Shown here: positions 62,455 through 64,000 of the stretch, in pieces | Layout: each line of letters opens with the position of its first letter | Position numbering within the stretch: the first letter of the stretch is position 1 | Source: Podarcis bocagei | Taxonomy: Eukaryota | Assembly: GCA_964188305.1 (NCBI GenBank) | Contig: OZ076903.1 | Reading direction: 5' to 3' (one strand) | Length of the DNA stretch: 64,000 nt | The notes under the pieces: model-generated | Database searches by the model: none | The model's input: the letters and a program-made list of their open reading frames with translations, nothing else | Told to the model about the DNA's origin: nothing | Made by a program: the position numbers and the translations under genes

Positions 62455-62805
62455 CTAGAGTGAGAGATGGAAAAACAGTGTGATGTAACATGTGATTAGT
62501 AATTAAATCTACACAACAAGCACACCAGCCCAGTAAGACCCTGCACACAGACAGCTATAGTCTACACCTGACCTAGCTATCTGCTTGCAAGGGGAAATAA
62601 GTTTATTTAGCTACTTGGTAAGGGAAAGACACAAAGAAGCACAAAGTTGGAAGGGTCCCTGAGGGTTATCTAGTCCAACCCCCTGCAATGCAGGAATATG
62701 CAACCTTAGTGTTATCAGCACCATGCTCTAACCAACTCAGCTATCTATCCGTTTTTTGCTCTCAGAGTGTGATTGGGGGTAGGGTGGAATACAGAGAACA
62801 CCAAC

Positions 62806-62949
62806 CCTGTAGGGACTGTTGGGGATGTTGACTCCGCCCCATGACACCATCGCCGTGTGCTTTACGGGCTTCTTGGGCAGGTAGGAGCAGCTGTAGGTGC
62901 CATTGCCATTGTCCTTCACAGAGACATCCACAGGGGATCCTTCAGAGTC
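62806..62949 (-). CDS. FLNA: FLNA exon (~ex15), 144 nt
   Basis: DSEGSPVDVSVKDNGNGTYSCSYLPKKPVKHTAMVSWGGVNIPNSPYR; tgcag|...|gttggt. Confidence 0.92.
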
Positions 62950-63081
62950 CTGCAACGGAGAAACAAAAACAGTAGTCCTCTGTGGTAAGATCAGCATCCT
63001 GGAAGCCTCTTCTCCCATTCTTCATAGTGACAGCACGAGATAAAGCTACGCCCCCTCTGTAGCACAAGCACCAAGTCTCAC

Positions 63082-63195
63082 CTGTACTTGCACCTTGAGA
63101 GGAGCCTTTCCACCACTCTTGGCATCTACTGTGAACTCAGCTGGCTTGTTGACTGCAACGCCCGTTTTCTCCAAGCCTGGACCATGGGCTTTGAC
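63082..63195 (-). CDS. FLNA: FLNA exon (~ex14), 114 nt
   Basis: [38 protein letters not shown]; ctccag|...|gtgaga. Confidence 0.93.
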
Positions 63196-63863
63196 CTGGA
63201 GAGGGGTTGGAAGAGAGGTGTGAACTCCAAAGCAACTTCTGCACAGTTAGAACACACTGCACTGGTCATCATAAGGTTTACAGCTAAACCTTCATTCAGC
63301 GGGAATGGCTGGAGCATGGACACAACACTTGAGGTTGTGAGAGCTGTGCCAAGCACACAACTCCATGCTGGAAATGTTTTTTGGGGACACTACTCCCATG
63401 TAGCTCAAGCTAGTCTTGCCCAGTCCCCATCTGGAGTACAGTACTTGGTGGTGGGGAGAAGGGCAGCAGAACACCACTGGCTGACAGCAAATCAAAATAA
63501 AAGTATGGATTGCCAAAAGGGACAATGTGCTTGAAGACCTTTTTCTACCATTGCCACTCCTCAACCAGAAGCACCACTCAACCCTTCCCTTAACTGTGAC
63601 CTCCAACTACCAAGCTCTTCCACACAGTCATAAAACCTAGAACCTTTACAGCCAAGATCAGCTTTCCAATAATGTGTATGCTCACACCAGGAAGAGCAGT
63701 TGGCAAGACACCCCTACAGACGTGGTTGTGACGAGTTCTCAAGCCACCAACATGGGCCAGTTACTGGTTCTCAGTTCTGCTTTCCTCACAGCCTTATACA
63801 TAGACATACAAGAGTGCCAGGATGCACCATCCCAAAAGGAGTCTCCTTCATGCAGACACTTAC

Positions 63864-64000
63864 CTTCTCTGGGTAGAAGTCCTTGGGAGCAGCTTTGATT
63901 TCCGCCATGAAGGGGCTCAGCTTGATGTCTTCGTTGTTGCAGAGCACATGGACTGCATATTCGCCTGGCTCCTGGGGCCAATAGCGCACATTGCAGGAGC
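63864..64000 (-). CDS. FLNA: FLNA exon (~human ex13), truncated by window edge
   Basis: [45 protein letters not shown]; donor AAG|gtaagt. Confidence 0.93.

Larger units (their letters stand above)
16565..64000 (-). other. FLNA: Filamin A gene, partial (5' part lies beyond the window end); 36 coding exons plus 3' UTR
   Basis: Spliced exons give tandem filamin Ig-like repeats (GPGL...FTVD...DNxDGTY.V.Y.P...G.Y...V.YGG..IP.SPF). FLNA-like segments include [78 protein letters not shown] and [12 protein letters not shown]. All introns are GT-AG and phases are consistent. Confidence 0.96.

Noticed and set aside
17298-64000. Assignment as FLNB or FLNC
   Set aside because: The VSIGGHGL microexon, hinge-1 composition, SSLQ|[21 protein letters not shown] and the absence of the FLNC-specific insert in Ig20 fit FLNA best; a phylogenetic tree would confirm.

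Overview
Vertebrate genomic DNA, almost certainly a squamate reptile. Sauria SINEs, CR1 and L1 fragments and many small hAT/Harbinger-type MITEs point to a lizard; a lacertid is my inference. The main feature is the 3' three-quarters of the filamin A gene (FLNA) on the minus strand. I traced 36 coding exons by hand from 64000 (gene enters mid-exon) to the TAA stop at 17298-17300. All have GT-AG boundaries and consistent phases, and correspond to human exons ~13-48 (numbering from memory): Ig-like repeats ~4-24, the 24-nt VSIGGHGL microexon, hinge 1, hinge 2 and the dimerisation repeat. The 3' UTR runs to an AATAAA at 16586-16591. Bases 1-16500 are repeat-rich intergenic DNA with an L1 3' end and weak hints of a spliced minus-strand transcript. 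Most entries in the ORF track are spurious. No prokaryote-style novel system is present. The most interesting signals cluster around the known FLNA Q/R A-to-I recoding site (23887): a candidate editing-complementary sequence, an apparently unrecognised 111-nt in-frame cassette exon with strong splice sites in the same intron, and inverted retroelement pairs bracketing in-frame exon blocks. All coordinates and pairings were read by eye, with no alignment or folding software.
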